This document shows, one piece after another, positions 10,272 through 21,177 of a stretch of DNA of 64,000 bases. Every line of letters begins with the position of its first letter. Within the stretch, counting starts at the first letter, position 1. The position numbers and the translations under genes were made by a program. Origin of the DNA: Methanocaldococcus sp. 16A (lineage in GTDB: Archaea; AGJL01; Methanococci; Methanococcales; Methanocaldococcaceae); assembly GCA_049860595.1 (NCBI GenBank), contig CP187551.1; one strand, 5' to 3'. The notes beneath the pieces were generated by a model. That model searched no databases. It was given only the letters and a program-made list of their open reading frames with translations, and was not told the origin of the DNA.

Positions 10272-13205
10272 ATGACAGATATAATGGAAGAATATTTAGA
10301 GATATTTGCTGAAGAAGCAGAAGAACATATACAAACTATCAATGAATGCCTTTTAGAACTTGAAAAAGATCCTTCAAATTTAGACCTGATAAATCAAATT
10401 TTTAGGTCGGCTCATACTATAAAAGGGGGGGCGAGAACAGTTGGTTTATCTCATATTTCAGATTTAACTCACCACATGGAGGATATTTTGGATTACATTA
10501 GAAATGGACAGATTCCTGTAACATCTGAGATTATTGATTTATTGTTTAAATGTTTAGATGCATTAGAAACAATGCTTGAAGAAGTTAAGGCTGGAGAAAC
10601 AGAGACATCTGTTGATGTAAATTCAATTATTGAGGAGATTAAACATCTTAAAGATAAGTATCTTGGTGGAGGTGTTGCAGAATCTAAGCCATCTCAGCCA
10701 TCTGAATCAAAACCTAAGGAAGAAACTACAGAAGTACATAAAGAAGAGACATCTGAAACTGAAAAAAAGAAAACAGAAAAAGAAAAAAAAGAAATAAGAA
10801 AAATAAAATTAAAATATAAAACACCAAAAACTACAGTTAAAGTTAAAAAAGTTATTAAAGAAAAAATTGAGGTAATGCCAGAAGAACCTGAAGAAGAATT
10901 TGAAGTTCCTGAAGACCTCGATGAAATAATCAATGGCATAAATAAATCAGTAGATATTTTCTGCACTTTGGTAGAAGTTGTTGATGACCCAGACCTTAGA
11001 CCATTGATGGAAAAAATTAAGGAATTTGTAAAACAAATATCAGACAAAGATATAAAAGTAAGTATAAAGATTTTTGAGACACTAAAATACATTACAAAAA
11101 TTCTTGAGGATATTGCATCTGGATTAGAACAGGGCAAAAAAGTTAAAGAAATAGGAATTGATATTGATGATGTGATTAATAAAATTGAAGATGCATTAAA
11201 ACCTGAATCTCCAAAAGAACCTGAAATAAAAGAAATTGAAAAAGAAATTGAAATAGAAGTTGAATTAGACCATGAAAAATTTGACCTTAGTGAATTTGTC
11301 AATATCATTAAAGAAAAAGTAGATGGTGGTTATAAGCTATATCACTTAAAAGCCAAAGTTGATGACGAATGTCTTTTAAAATCTGCAAGATTGTCTATGA
11401 TATTGACAAGGATAAAGAATATTGGAGAAATCCTGCTTTCAACACCTACTGAAGGGGAACTAAAAGAACAATCATTTGAAGAATTGGAAGTAATGTTCTT
11501 ATCTGATAAAAGTATTGAAGAAATACAAAAAGAATTAGAAACAGTTCCTGAAATAGATTATATTGCGATATCTCCAGTAGATATTGAATTTGAAGAAGAA
11601 GTAGTTGAAATAGAGGAACCTCAAGAAGAAGGGACTGAAGAAGATATTCCAAACGCATATAAAGTTGTAGTTACACTTGATGATGAATGTCTTTTAAGAG
11701 CGGTAAGAGCTTATATGGTTATTAAAGAACTGCAAAATATTGGTGAGATAGTAAAAACAAATCCTCCAATTGAAACAATACAAGATGGAGAATTTAATGG
11801 AACAAAATTTACAGTTTATATGAAACTAAAAGAAGGTTATGAAACTGATGATATAAAAGATTGTGTGATGAAAGTTCCTGAAATAAAAGATGTCCAAATA
11901 ATTGCTCCTGGAGAAAAAACTTCTAAATCTGAAGAAGAACAAAAATCTGAACAAAAAGAAGAAGTTAAAGCTCAGTTACAGCAACAACAGCAACAAAAAT
12001 CAGAAGAAAAGAAACCAGAACTAAAAAAACCAACAACACATGCCAAAAAAGAAGAGAAAAAATCAACACAAACTATAAGGATAAATATTGAAAAATTAGA
12101 TAAATTAATGAATCTCGTTGGGGAATTGGTAATTACAAGAGCAAATTTCTCACAAATTGCAAATAAGTATCAATTAAAAGAATTAAATAATGCCATTAAT
12201 AGATTGAGTATGTTAATTAATGAGTTGCAGGAAGAAGTAATGGCTATGAGGATGATTCCAGTAGCTTATGTATTTAATAGATTTCCAAGAATGGTTAGGG
12301 ACCTTGCTAAGGCATTAGGTAAAGAAGTAGAGTTTATAATGGAAGGAACTGATATTGAGCTTGATAGAACAGTGTTAGATGAATTAGCTGAACCACTAGT
12401 TCACCTTATTAGAAATGCTCTTGATCATGGTATTGAACCTCCAGAAGAAAGGGAAAAAGTAGGAAAACCACGAAAAGGAGTTTTAAAATTAATAGCCGAA
12501 AGAGAAAGAGACCATGTAAATATCATTGTTGAGGATGATGGTAAAGGTATTGACCCAGAGATAATTAAGAAAAAGGCTATTGAAAGAGGTATTATATCTG
12601 AAGAAGAGGCGAAAAAATTATCAGACCATGAAATTATCAATTTAATATTTATGCCAGGATTTAGTACCGCAGATAAAGTTTCAGATGTTTCTGGTAGAGG
12701 AGTAGGGATGGATGTTGTCAAAACAAAAATTGAATCACTTGGAGGAACTGTTGTTGTATATTCTGAAAAAGGAAAAGGTACAAGGGTTGTTCTTAAACTA
12801 CCACTAACAATGGCAATTATTACAGCCTTGTTAATGAAATTGGCTGACCAAGTATATGCAATACCTATCACAAGTGTTTTAGATGTTACAATGATTAATA
12901 AGGAAGATATTAAAAACATTGAAGGTACAAATGCTATTATATATAGAGATGAGATTATACCTGTAATTTGGCTTAAGGATTTCTTAGGTATGTCGTATTT
13001 AAAAGAAAGTAGCGATGAGCTTACTATAGTAGTTATTGAGAGAAGTGGAGGGAAATTGGGTGTAGTTGTAGATGAAGTTATAGGTAGAGAAGATATAGTA
13101 GTTAAGTCACTTACTGGGATATTGAAAAATATACCTGGTCTTGCAGGAGCAACAATTCTTGGAGACGGTAGAGTAGCGTTGATATTGGATTTAAGTAGTG
13201 CTTAA
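10272..13205 (+). CDS. cheA: Chemotaxis histidine kinase CheA
   Basis: Hpt (FRSAHTIKG), two P2 domains, dimerisation domain, HATPase (HLIRNALDHG, GRGVGMDVV), CheW domain. Confidence 0.97.
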   Translation: MTDIMEEYLEIFAEEAEEHIQTINECLLELEKDPSNLDLINQIFRSAHTIKGGARTVGLSHISDLTHHMEDILDYIRNGQIPVTSEIIDLLFKCLDALETMLEEVKAGETETSVDVNSIIEEIKHLKDKYLGGGVAESKPSQPSESKPKEETTEVHKEETSETEKKKTEKEKKEIRKIKLKYKTPKTTVKVKKVIKEKIEVMPEEPEEEFEVPEDLDEIINGINKSVDIFCTLVEVVDDPDLRPLMEKIKEFVKQISDKDIKVSIKIFETLKYITKILEDIASGLEQGKKVKEIGIDIDDVINKIEDALKPESPKEPEIKEIEKEIEIEVELDHEKFDLSEFVNIIKEKVDGGYKLYHLKAKVDDECLLKSARLSMILTRIKNIGEILLSTPTEGELKEQSFEELEVMFLSDKSIEEIQKELETVPEIDYIAISPVDIEFEEEVVEIEEPQEEGTEEDIPNAYKVVVTLDDECLLRAVRAYMVIKELQNIGEIVKTNPPIETIQDGEFNGTKFTVYMKLKEGYETDDIKDCVMKVPEIKDVQIIAPGEKTSKSEEEQKSEQKEEVKAQLQQQQQQKSEEKKPELKKPTTHAKKEEKKSTQTIRINIEKLDKLMNLVGELVITRANFSQIANKYQLKELNNAINRLSMLINELQEEVMAMRMIPVAYVFNRFPRMVRDLAKALGKEVEFIMEGTDIELDRTVLDELAEPLVHLIRNALDHGIEPPEEREKVGKPRKGVLKLIAERERDHVNIIVEDDGKGIDPEIIKKKAIERGIISEEEAKKLSDHEIINLIFMPGFSTADKVSDVSGRGVGMDVVKTKIESLGGTVVVYSEKGKGTRVVLKLPLTMAIITALLMKLADQVYAIPITSVLDVTMINKEDIKNIEGTNAIIYRDEIIPVIWLKDFLGMSYLKESSDELTIVVIERSGGKLGVVVDEVIGREDIVVKSLTGILKNIPGLAGATILGDGRVALILDLSSA

Positions 13206-13300
13206 TCTATTTTTGTTAATTTAATTTATTGTATTTTCAGGTTAGCATATTTATATTTATAAATATATTAGGATTCTATTAAATGTGTAGGGTTGTTAAT

Positions 13301-13762
13301 ATGGTAATTAAAGTTAGGATAGGGGGTTTGGAAGTGGCGAGAAGTCCTGAGGTGTTAGAGACATTACTGGGCTCTTGTGTAGCCATTATGTTATATGATA
13401 CTGGTAAGAGGATTGGAGGTATGGCTCACTCAGTACTTCCTGAAACCCGTGATGAAAATGTTAGAGACCCTGGAAAGTATGTAAATACTGCAATACCTGC
13501 ATTGATAACAAAAATGGCTATAGCAGGAGCGAGGACTAACAAGTTAGTTGCTAAACTTGCTGGTGGAGCTGCAATGTTTAAAACAGATAATTCTTTAAAT
13601 GTTGGAGCTAAAAATGTAGAAATGGCAAAAAAATTATTAAAACAATATGGAATTCCATTAAAAGGTGAGGATACGGGAGGAAATAGAAGTAGAGTTGTAA
13701 AGTTTTATTTGAGAGATGGTAAAGTAGAGGTTAGAAAAGGTGGAAAAATAATAACTATTTAA
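13301..13762 (+). CDS. cheD: Chemoreceptor glutamine deamidase CheD
   Basis: LGSCVA, GGMAH, KLAGGA, EDTGG motifs. Confidence 0.94.
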   Translation: MVIKVRIGGLEVARSPEVLETLLGSCVAIMLYDTGKRIGGMAHSVLPETRDENVRDPGKYVNTAIPALITKMAIAGARTNKLVAKLAGGAAMFKTDNSLNVGAKNVEMAKKLLKQYGIPLKGEDTGGNRSRVVKFYLRDGKVEVRKGGKIITI

Positions 13763-13764
13763 GA

Positions 13765-15471
13765 TTATGGCTCTACAGGATATCCTTTTTCCCTCCAAGC
13801 CTGTAATCCACCTTCCATATTATAAACTTCATAACCATGTTCTTTTAATATCATGTATCCTCTTGGACTTGTGAATCCTAATTTACAATATACAATAATC
13901 TTTTTGTCTTTGGGAATTTCATTTAATCTACTTTTAAGTTCATCTATTGGAATATGGATTGAATTTGGTATTTTTCCATCGTATTTATCTTTTGGGACTA
14001 CATTAACAAAGAACCATTCATCATTATTTAATAATTTTACTGCTTCATCTACAGTAATATTTTTAGTTGTTTTAATTTTCATAATATTATCTTTAACTGA
14101 CTTTGAGACCTTTTCTAAGTTTATGATAACCTCTTCAATTTCTTCAATAGCTTTTCTTTCTTCTTCAGCATTTGCTGAGAGTTCTTCAGCAGTAGCTGTA
14201 AATTCCTCAGATATTGAAGCAATATCTTGAACATCTTTCAAAGCTTTTTCCATATTCTCAATTGTAACCTTGGCAGATTTTCTTATATCCTTTATTTTAT
14301 CAGTAGTGTTGTCAATACTTTCTTTTATTTGTAGAAATACTGCATTAACTTCATCAACTGCAACAACACCTTTATCTACTTCATTTCTACCAACCATTCC
14401 AAGATTAACAGTTTTTTCGATTTGATTATATATTTCTTCGACAGTTTTATTAATATCATCGACAGATTTACCAATTTCTTCAGCTAAGCTTTTGATTTCA
14501 CTTGCTACAACTGCAAAACCTCTTCCTGCTTCTCCAGCCCTTGCTGCTTCTATAGATGCGTTTAATGCCAATAACCCAGTTTGTTCAGCGATATCTTTAA
14601 TAAGAGAGGTAATCTCATTGATTTTTTTAGATTTGTCCCCAAGTTCTTGTATTGCTTTACTTAAATCTTCAATAACATTTGATATTTTTTGCATAGCTTC
14701 AACTGCATTTTCAATCTTTTTTATACCTTCATCAGCTTTTTTACTGGCTTCTATTGATACTTTTTCACCTTCCTCAGACAACTGTTCGGTTCTTTTTGCA
14801 AGTTCGTCTGTTTTTTCAACTTCTTGGGTAACATCTTGTAGTTTGGATGATTGGTCTGATGCAGCCATTGCTACTTGTTGTGCAGCATCAGTCATTTGTT
14901 CTATGGCTTCATGGGCTTTTTTTGTTTCTTTTCTTAGTACTTCAATCTGCACATTTAGATATAAAACCTCTTTTCTTATATTTTCAATAATTGTAGATAT
15001 ATTGTCTATTGCTTTATTAAACATTTTTTGAAATCTATTTCTTTTTCTATTTTCATTTAATCTTATTGAAAAATCTCCTTTAGCTAAATGCTCTAATGCT
15101 TCTAAAGCTTCTCTAAAAGTCTGTGAAAGCTCTATTTCTGTCTGTTTTAATTTTTCTTCTTTTTCTTTTAGAGATTTTATAAGGTGAATAATTTTCTCGT
15201 ACAGTAATTTAAATTCATGGTTTTTTATTTTAGTGTCTAATTCAAATCCTTCAATAGAATTCTCTCTTTCAAATTTTTCAATTAACTTTATAATTTCTTC
15301 AATAGGACATAAAATTAATTTTTTTACTGATAGTGTAATAATTATGGAAAATATTATCCCAAGCAATGTCAAAATATATATATTTCCAAAAAGGTTTGAG
15401 ATAATAACAATACATAAATATAAAACTACTGAAATCAAAAATACTTTATAATCTAATTTCAGACCACCCAT
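13765..15471 (-). CDS. Methyl-accepting chemotaxis protein with C-terminal rhodanese domain
   Basis: MA tip motif; last 99 aa match rhodanese ([26 protein letters not shown]). Confidence 0.9.
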   Translation of the reverse strand: MGGLKLDYKVFLISVVLYLCIVIISNLFGNIYILTLLGIIFSIIITLSVKKLILCPIEEIIKLIEKFERENSIEGFELDTKIKNHEFKLLYEKIIHLIKSLKEKEEKLKQTEIELSQTFREALEALEHLAKGDFSIRLNENRKRNRFQKMFNKAIDNISTIIENIRKEVLYLNVQIEVLRKETKKAHEAIEQMTDAAQQVAMAASDQSSKLQDVTQEVEKTDELAKRTEQLSEEGEKVSIEASKKADEGIKKIENAVEAMQKISNVIEDLSKAIQELGDKSKKINEITSLIKDIAEQTGLLALNASIEAARAGEAGRGFAVVASEIKSLAEEIGKSVDDINKTVEEIYNQIEKTVNLGMVGRNEVDKGVVAVDEVNAVFLQIKESIDNTTDKIKDIRKSAKVTIENMEKALKDVQDIASISEEFTATAEELSANAEEERKAIEEIEEVIINLEKVSKSVKDNIMKIKTTKNITVDEAVKLLNNDEWFFVNVVPKDKYDGKIPNSIHIPIDELKSRLNEIPKDKKIIVYCKLGFTSPRGYMILKEHGYEVYNMEGGLQAWREKGYPVEP

Positions 15472-15591
15472 AAAACCCCACCAATTAGTTTCATTTATAA
15501 TAGTCTATTGTATGTTACTTCTATTTATTTATAGTTATTATAGATATCATTAATATTAATAGGTTAAATATTTTAGTTAATGTGTGAAATC

Positions 15592-16476
15592 ATGGAATTT
15601 TCAGAATGGACAAAAAATAAAAGAAAATTAAACAGCTTAGAAGAATTAAAAAGAGACATTATAGAGCAATTTAAAGAAAAAGATGTTTTAAATGAAGGAA
15701 TTGTAGTTATGGCGAGTGGTGGAAAAGATAGCTCAACAGCTATAGCCTTGGCTAAGGATTTGGGATTAAATATAAAGTATCTAATACATTTCTACCACAG
15801 ATGGAGTTGGGATATTTCAAAAAAAATGGTTGAAAAGCTCTCTGAGAAATTTGATATCCCAGTAATATTTTATGATATTACTCCAGAATTGTTAAAAAGA
15901 ACTAAAGGAGCTAAAGGAAGCAGTATATGCAGAATATGTAAAAATATCATGAAAGATAAGGCTGTTGATATAGCTAAAGAAAAAGGAATTAGAATAATTA
16001 TGACTGGCGATTCAGCTCTCGAGAAAATTTCAGGAGCTGTTATGAATTATTTGAGAGATGTTTATGGAGAAGTAATTTATAACAAAATGGAACTAACTCC
16101 TGTGCCTCAAAAATATAGCAAGGGGAAAGATAAAGAAATCTTATTTTTTAGACCATTGATAAGGTTGGCTTTTGAAGATGTTTTAAATTTAATGAATTAT
16201 TATAACTTAAAAATAGAGAGAGCTCATGAAGTTGGGGACAAGATAGGATTTTGGAGGGAGGGATGTTGTTTGCAATATGCTGATGAAAATGCCCAATTAA
16301 ATGAGAAACTCTTTAATGAACTCTATAGATATAACAAAATAGCCACTGAAATAGCAAGAAAATATGGATTTAGGGCTTCTATAAAACTGCCCTCTAAAAA
16401 GATTTTAACTGTGCCTAAAAAAGAAGAATATATAAGATTAATAAAAAACTCTTTGAGGGATGTAGATGAAAGTTAA
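15592..16476 (+). CDS. PP-loop (adenine nucleotide alpha hydrolase) family protein
   Basis: [10 protein letters not shown]-loop, CRIC and RPL motifs. Confidence 0.75.
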   Translation: MEFSEWTKNKRKLNSLEELKRDIIEQFKEKDVLNEGIVVMASGGKDSSTAIALAKDLGLNIKYLIHFYHRWSWDISKKMVEKLSEKFDIPVIFYDITPELLKRTKGAKGSSICRICKNIMKDKAVDIAKEKGIRIIMTGDSALEKISGAVMNYLRDVYGEVIYNKMELTPVPQKYSKGKDKEILFFRPLIRLAFEDVLNLMNYYNLKIERAHEVGDKIGFWREGCCLQYADENAQLNEKLFNELYRYNKIATEIARKYGFRASIKLPSKKILTVPKKEEYIRLIKNSLRDVDES

Positions 16477-17062
16477 AATTTATAGAGTTAGCGGGATTAC
16501 TGGAATTTTTTTAATATTTTTAATTTTATTGCTATTGGTAATCTTGGCATTAGTTGCTTTGCCAGTATTTTTAATTCTAATGGCAATATTTGGAGGATAT
16601 ATTCTATTAAAATATAAAGTAAAATCACTCTTCAAAAAAATTTGGTATAAACTTAGGAGGAAAAAGATAAAAATTGAGGATGCCTCAACAAATGGTGAGG
16701 TAAAGATAAATTTTGCTAAGAGAATAGAGATAGAAGATAGTAAAATAGAGACAAATAACATAAACACTTTATTAGATTATTTGGATGAAAATACAAAAAC
16801 ATTTGCCTATTATTTAAAAAATATTGGGGCAGAGTTTAGAGATGATGGAATATACTTTAAAGGATTCAAAATATATCCAATATTTAAAAAGTCCTATCCA
16901 ATAAATGAAATTATAAAACTAAATTATCCAAAAAACATTGATGCAGTTGTTTTAGGATTAAAAGGAGAACCTTATGAGCCAAAATTTTTATATTTAATTC
17001 CAAAAGAGTTTTTAAAAGAAAGAATGAGTCTGTCAGAATTAAAAAACTTTGAAATTAAATAA
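16466..17062 (+). CDS. Hypothetical membrane protein
   Basis: N-terminal hydrophobic segment; overlaps the upstream stop. Confidence 0.7.
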   Translation: MKVKIYRVSGITGIFLIFLILLLLVILALVALPVFLILMAIFGGYILLKYKVKSLFKKIWYKLRRKKIKIEDASTNGEVKINFAKRIEIEDSKIETNNINTLLDYLDENTKTFAYYLKNIGAEFRDDGIYFKGFKIYPIFKKSYPINEIIKLNYPKNIDAVVLGLKGEPYEPKFLYLIPKEFLKERMSLSELKNFEIK

Positions 17063-17083
17063 ATAAAATAATTATCAATCTCA

Positions 17084-18658
17084 TTATAAATTAACAACTG
17101 CAATATCTTTAATATTTGGAATTTCTTTTATTTTTTCAACGACTTCATCAGGAACTGTGTGGTCTAAGTTTAAGAGCATAACACTCTCTCCTCCAGGCTC
17201 TTTTCTACCAACTTGCATGCCAGCAATGTTTATTCCATAATCTCCCAAAGTTATGCAAACTCTACCAATTGTGCCAGGTCTGTCAATATGTTTAACAATT
17301 GCTAAAACTCCTTCAGGGATGAAATTAACTTCATATCCATCAACTTCTAAGATAACTGGTTTGTTATTTATAATAGCTCCAACTATTGAGAATTTCTTCT
17401 TATCACTTTCAGCAGTAATTTTTATGGCATTTCCATATTTTTCTTCTGATGTTGTACTTTCAACCACATTTATATTTCTATTTTTGGCTATAACAGGGGC
17501 ATTGACTAAATTAATTCCAGCTAATAGTATTGGTGATAAAAGCCCTTTTAAGAAAGCTCTTTTTATTAAATCAGTTTTTTCTTTAGCAAGTTCTCCTGAG
17601 TATATAAGCTCTACTCTACCAACAGAGCCATCTAATACTTGCATGACAATGTTTCCAAGGACTTCTGCCAATAACATATATGGCTTTAACTTTCCTAACT
17701 TTTCTTGAGGAATGTTTGGCATATTTACAACATTTTCAGCTAATTCTCCTTTCAAAACTTTCTTTATTTGCTCAGCTACAATAGTTCCAGCAGCTTTTTG
17801 AGCCTCTTCAGTTGAAGCTCCCTGATGAGGAGTTCCTATAACATTATCTAATGTCAATAATGGGTTGTCTTTTGGTGGTTCTTCTTCAAAAACATCCAGA
17901 GCAGCAGCTCTAATTTTTTTATCTTTTAGAGCTTCATATAATGCTTTTTCATCAATAAGCCCTCCTCTTGCACAATTAACAATTATAGCATTCTTTTTCA
18001 TTAAAGCTATTTGCTCTTTTCCAATAATATGTCTTGTTTTTGGTGTTAATGGAACGTGTAAGGTTATGAAATCAGCCCTCTTACATAACTCGTTTATGTC
18101 ATCAACCAATTCAACGCCCAAACTTTCAGCAACTTCCTTTGGGATGTATGGATCGTAGCCTATAATATTCATTCCAAATGCCTTAGCTCTCTTAACGACT
18201 TGTTGCCCTATTCTTCCTAAACCAATAACTCCAAGTGTTTTTCCATACAATTCAATACCTTTAAATCTCTTTCTATCCCATTCTCCTCTTTTTAATGATG
18301 CTGTTGCTTGAGGTATGTTTCTCGCTGCAGCAAGCATTAATCCCATTGTTAATTCTGCAACTGAAATTGATGAAGCGTCAGGGGCATTAACTACTATAAT
18401 CCCTTTTTCTGTTGCTGCTTCAACATCTATGTTATCTACTCCAACCCCTGCTCTACCAATAACCTTTAATTTTTCAGCTTTCTCAATAACATCTCTTGTA
18501 ACTTTTGTCCCACTTCTAACAACCAAAACTTCTGCATCTTTAATTTTCTCTAATAATTCTTCTTTACTTAAATTAGTTGCTACCTCAACCTCTCCAACTT
18601 CTTCCAATATCTTTATAGCATCTTCATGTAGAGGGTCTGTAACCAATATCTTAACCAT
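17084..18658 (-). CDS. serA: D-3-phosphoglycerate dehydrogenase
   Basis: [18 protein letters not shown]-terminal ASB/ACT domains. Confidence 0.96.
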   Translation of the reverse strand: MVKILVTDPLHEDAIKILEEVGEVEVATNLSKEELLEKIKDAEVLVVRSGTKVTRDVIEKAEKLKVIGRAGVGVDNIDVEAATEKGIIVVNAPDASSISVAELTMGLMLAAARNIPQATASLKRGEWDRKRFKGIELYGKTLGVIGLGRIGQQVVKRAKAFGMNIIGYDPYIPKEVAESLGVELVDDINELCKRADFITLHVPLTPKTRHIIGKEQIALMKKNAIIVNCARGGLIDEKALYEALKDKKIRAAALDVFEEEPPKDNPLLTLDNVIGTPHQGASTEEAQKAAGTIVAEQIKKVLKGELAENVVNMPNIPQEKLGKLKPYMLLAEVLGNIVMQVLDGSVGRVELIYSGELAKEKTDLIKRAFLKGLLSPILLAGINLVNAPVIAKNRNINVVESTTSEEKYGNAIKITAESDKKKFSIVGAIINNKPVILEVDGYEVNFIPEGVLAIVKHIDRPGTIGRVCITLGDYGINIAGMQVGRKEPGGESVMLLNLDHTVPDEVVEKIKEIPNIKDIAVVNL

Positions 18659-18789
18659 GCCTATTCACCATTTCATCATTATTAACAACCATAAATTATA
18701 AAATGGATAATATCTTCTTAAAGCAGTAGATAGATGATTATCCCAATCATATATATATGTGATAGTTTATAGGTATTTTGGTGAAATAT

Positions 18790-19854
18790 ATGGAGGCAGT
18801 GTTAGTTTTAGAAGATGGGACAATTTTAAAAGGAAAAGGTTTTGGAGCAGAAAAAGAAGTTTTTGGAGAGTTAGTTTTTACAACAGTTATGACAGGTTAT
18901 GTTGAAGTTTTAACAGACCCTTCATATAAAGGACAAATAGTCATGATGACGTATCCATTGGAAGGGAATTATGGAGTTAAAAAGGATTGGTTTGAGTCAG
19001 ATGGAATAAAGGCAGAGGGTTTTGTTGTTAGAGAAGTTACAAGTAAAGCTTTAGATGACTTTTTAAAGGAATATGATATCCCTGGGATTCAAGATATTGA
19101 TACAAGATTCTTAACAAGAAAGATTAGAGATAAAGGGGTTGTTAAGAGCTGTTTAAAGGTTGCTGAAGAAATAAGTGATGATGAAATATCTGAGTTATTA
19201 GAGAAAGTGAGAAAATATAATGATATATCAGATATTGACTTAGTTCCTTTAGTTTCAACAAAAGAACCAAAAATTCATAAGGTAGAGAACCCAAAAGCAA
19301 GATGTGTTCTAATTGATTGTGGAGTTAAATTAAATATAATAAGAAGCTTAGTTAAAAGAAACTGTGAAGTTATTCAAGTCCCATACAACACAAAATATGA
19401 TGAAATCTTAGAATATAATCCAGATTTTGTTTTAATCTCTAACGGTCCAGGAGACCCTGCAAGGTTAAAAGAAGTTATTGATAATATTAAAAACTTAATT
19501 GGAATTGTTCCAATAACAGGAATTTGTTTAGGTAACCAGCTTTTAGCCTTAGCATTTGGTGGAGAAACATACAAGATGAAGTTTGGACATAGAGGAGGAA
19601 ACCAGCCAGTTAAAAACTTAGAGACAGAAAAAGTTTATATAACCTCCCAAAACCATGGATTTGCTGTTAAGGAAGAGAGCTTGCCAGATGATGTTGAAGT
19701 GTGCTTTATAAATCTAAACGATATGACTGTTGAAGGTATTAGACATAAAGATTTGCCTATCTTTTCAGTCCAATTCCACCCAGAAGCAAGACCAGGACCT
19801 CATGACACAATGTTTTTGTTTGATGAAATGATAAAACTAAAGGATAGAAAGTAA
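18790..19854 (+). CDS. carA: Carbamoyl-phosphate synthase small subunit
   Basis: SNGPGDP, GICLG, HRGGN, QFHPE motifs. Confidence 0.97.
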   Translation: MEAVLVLEDGTILKGKGFGAEKEVFGELVFTTVMTGYVEVLTDPSYKGQIVMMTYPLEGNYGVKKDWFESDGIKAEGFVVREVTSKALDDFLKEYDIPGIQDIDTRFLTRKIRDKGVVKSCLKVAEEISDDEISELLEKVRKYNDISDIDLVPLVSTKEPKIHKVENPKARCVLIDCGVKLNIIRSLVKRNCEVIQVPYNTKYDEILEYNPDFVLISNGPGDPARLKEVIDNIKNLIGIVPITGICLGNQLLALAFGGETYKMKFGHRGGNQPVKNLETEKVYITSQNHGFAVKEESLPDDVEVCFINLNDMTVEGIRHKDLPIFSVQFHPEARPGPHDTMFLFDEMIKLKDRK

Positions 19855-19894
19855 ATAAATTTTTTAATAAATTTTTTGTCCAATGGGGAGAATT

Positions 19895-20662
19895 ATGGAT
19901 TATGAGGAGTTAAGATTATTGGAGGGAATTCCAAAAATGATTTATGATGAATTAACTAAAAATAAAAAGGTCAATACTTTTTTAAAAATGTCAAATATAA
20001 TGGCTGTTGGTAGATTAGGCTATAACGACCACGGAAAAACTCATGCTAAAATAGTGGCAAACAATGCAATAAAGATGCTAAAAATTTTACATAAAAAAGG
20101 AATAGAACCAAGTTTTGTAAAAGACTGCAAAGGAACGTTTGAAGATTCTTTAGTTATAACTCTTTTGGGAGCTTATCTCCACGATATTGGAAATGCAGTG
20201 CATAGGGATATACACCATTTACATTCAGCATACTTAGCTTTAGATATTGTTGAAAATATATTAAAAAAGTATTATAAAGAAGAGAAAGCTTATCAAATGA
20301 CTACTGAAGTTTTACATGCTATTTATTCTCATAGTGAGGGAATTATGGGCTTAACTATTGAGGCAGGTGTTATAGCTGTTGCAGATGGAACAGATATGAC
20401 AAAAGGAAGGTCAAGAGTCCCAATATGTAAAAAATGCTATGATATACATTCAGTTTCAGCGGCATCCATTGAAAAGGTTAAAATAAAAGAAGGAGCTGAG
20501 AAGCCAATACAAATAGAGATAATATTATCAAATGAAGCAGGAATATTCCAAATTCAGGAAGTTTTGGGAGAGAAAATAAAATGGAGTGGAATAAAAGATT
20601 ACATTTCAGTATATGCAAGAGTAGAGAAAGAAAAACCAGTATTTAAAGAGATTAATCTTTAA
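19895..20662 (+). CDS. HD-domain metal-dependent phosphohydrolase
   Basis: YNDHG..H, LHDIG, ADGTD motifs. Confidence 0.85.
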   Translation: MDYEELRLLEGIPKMIYDELTKNKKVNTFLKMSNIMAVGRLGYNDHGKTHAKIVANNAIKMLKILHKKGIEPSFVKDCKGTFEDSLVITLLGAYLHDIGNAVHRDIHHLHSAYLALDIVENILKKYYKEEKAYQMTTEVLHAIYSHSEGIMGLTIEAGVIAVADGTDMTKGRSRVPICKKCYDIHSVSAASIEKVKIKEGAEKPIQIEIILSNEAGIFQIQEVLGEKIKWSGIKDYISVYARVEKEKPVFKEINL

Positions 20663-20678
20663 TAGAAAAAAGTCCTAT

Positions 20679-21170
20679 TTAGTTGCAAACGTCTTCTTTT
20701 TGCTCTTTATCTTCGCATTTCAAATTTTCTAAGTATTTTGAAAACTCTTCTAAATCTGAGGAGCCTATTTTTGATATTGATTCATTTATTATTATAGCTC
20801 TTAACTCATTCTCAACTGTTTTAAGTTTATCATTTAGCTCTTCTATTTCTTTATTTATATTCCATCTCACAGCTTCAAGCTCTTTTGTATCAATTTTATC
20901 AATAATATCTAACATTTCAACAATTTTCAAAAAAACAGGAATATTAGTATATTTACTTAACCTTGGTAATATTGATTTTATAATATCCGCATCCCTTTTA
21001 AGATGCTTTAGATTTACATCTAAGTTTTCAAAATCTTCAAGGATATTTTCTAAATAACTAATTTCATCTTTTGTTTTTATATAGTCCTTTAATAAATCCC
21101 TCAATTTTTCTTTTTCTTCAAAGTTTTTATCTTTTAATAATAGTAGCTCAGCTACTCTCTCAATTCCCAT
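20679..21170 (-). CDS. Hypothetical coiled-coil protein
   Basis: Full ORF directly downstream of arcS. Confidence 0.7.
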   Translation of the reverse strand: MGIERVAELLLLKDKNFEEKEKLRDLLKDYIKTKDEISYLENILEDFENLDVNLKHLKRDADIIKSILPRLSKYTNIPVFLKIVEMLDIIDKIDTKELEAVRWNINKEIEELNDKLKTVENELRAIIINESISKIGSSDLEEFSKYLENLKCEDKEQKEDVCN

Positions 21171-21177
21171 TAACTAT

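Noticed and set aside
15592-16476. PP-loop ATPase next to the rhodanese-MCP as a sulfur relay pair
   Set aside because: The ATPase belongs to the conserved backbone and is divergently transcribed; adjacency is probably just the island boundary.
20666-20678. AAAAAGTCCTA resembling an A right TIR
   Set aside because: Too short and has no partner end; may be chance or a tiny remnant.
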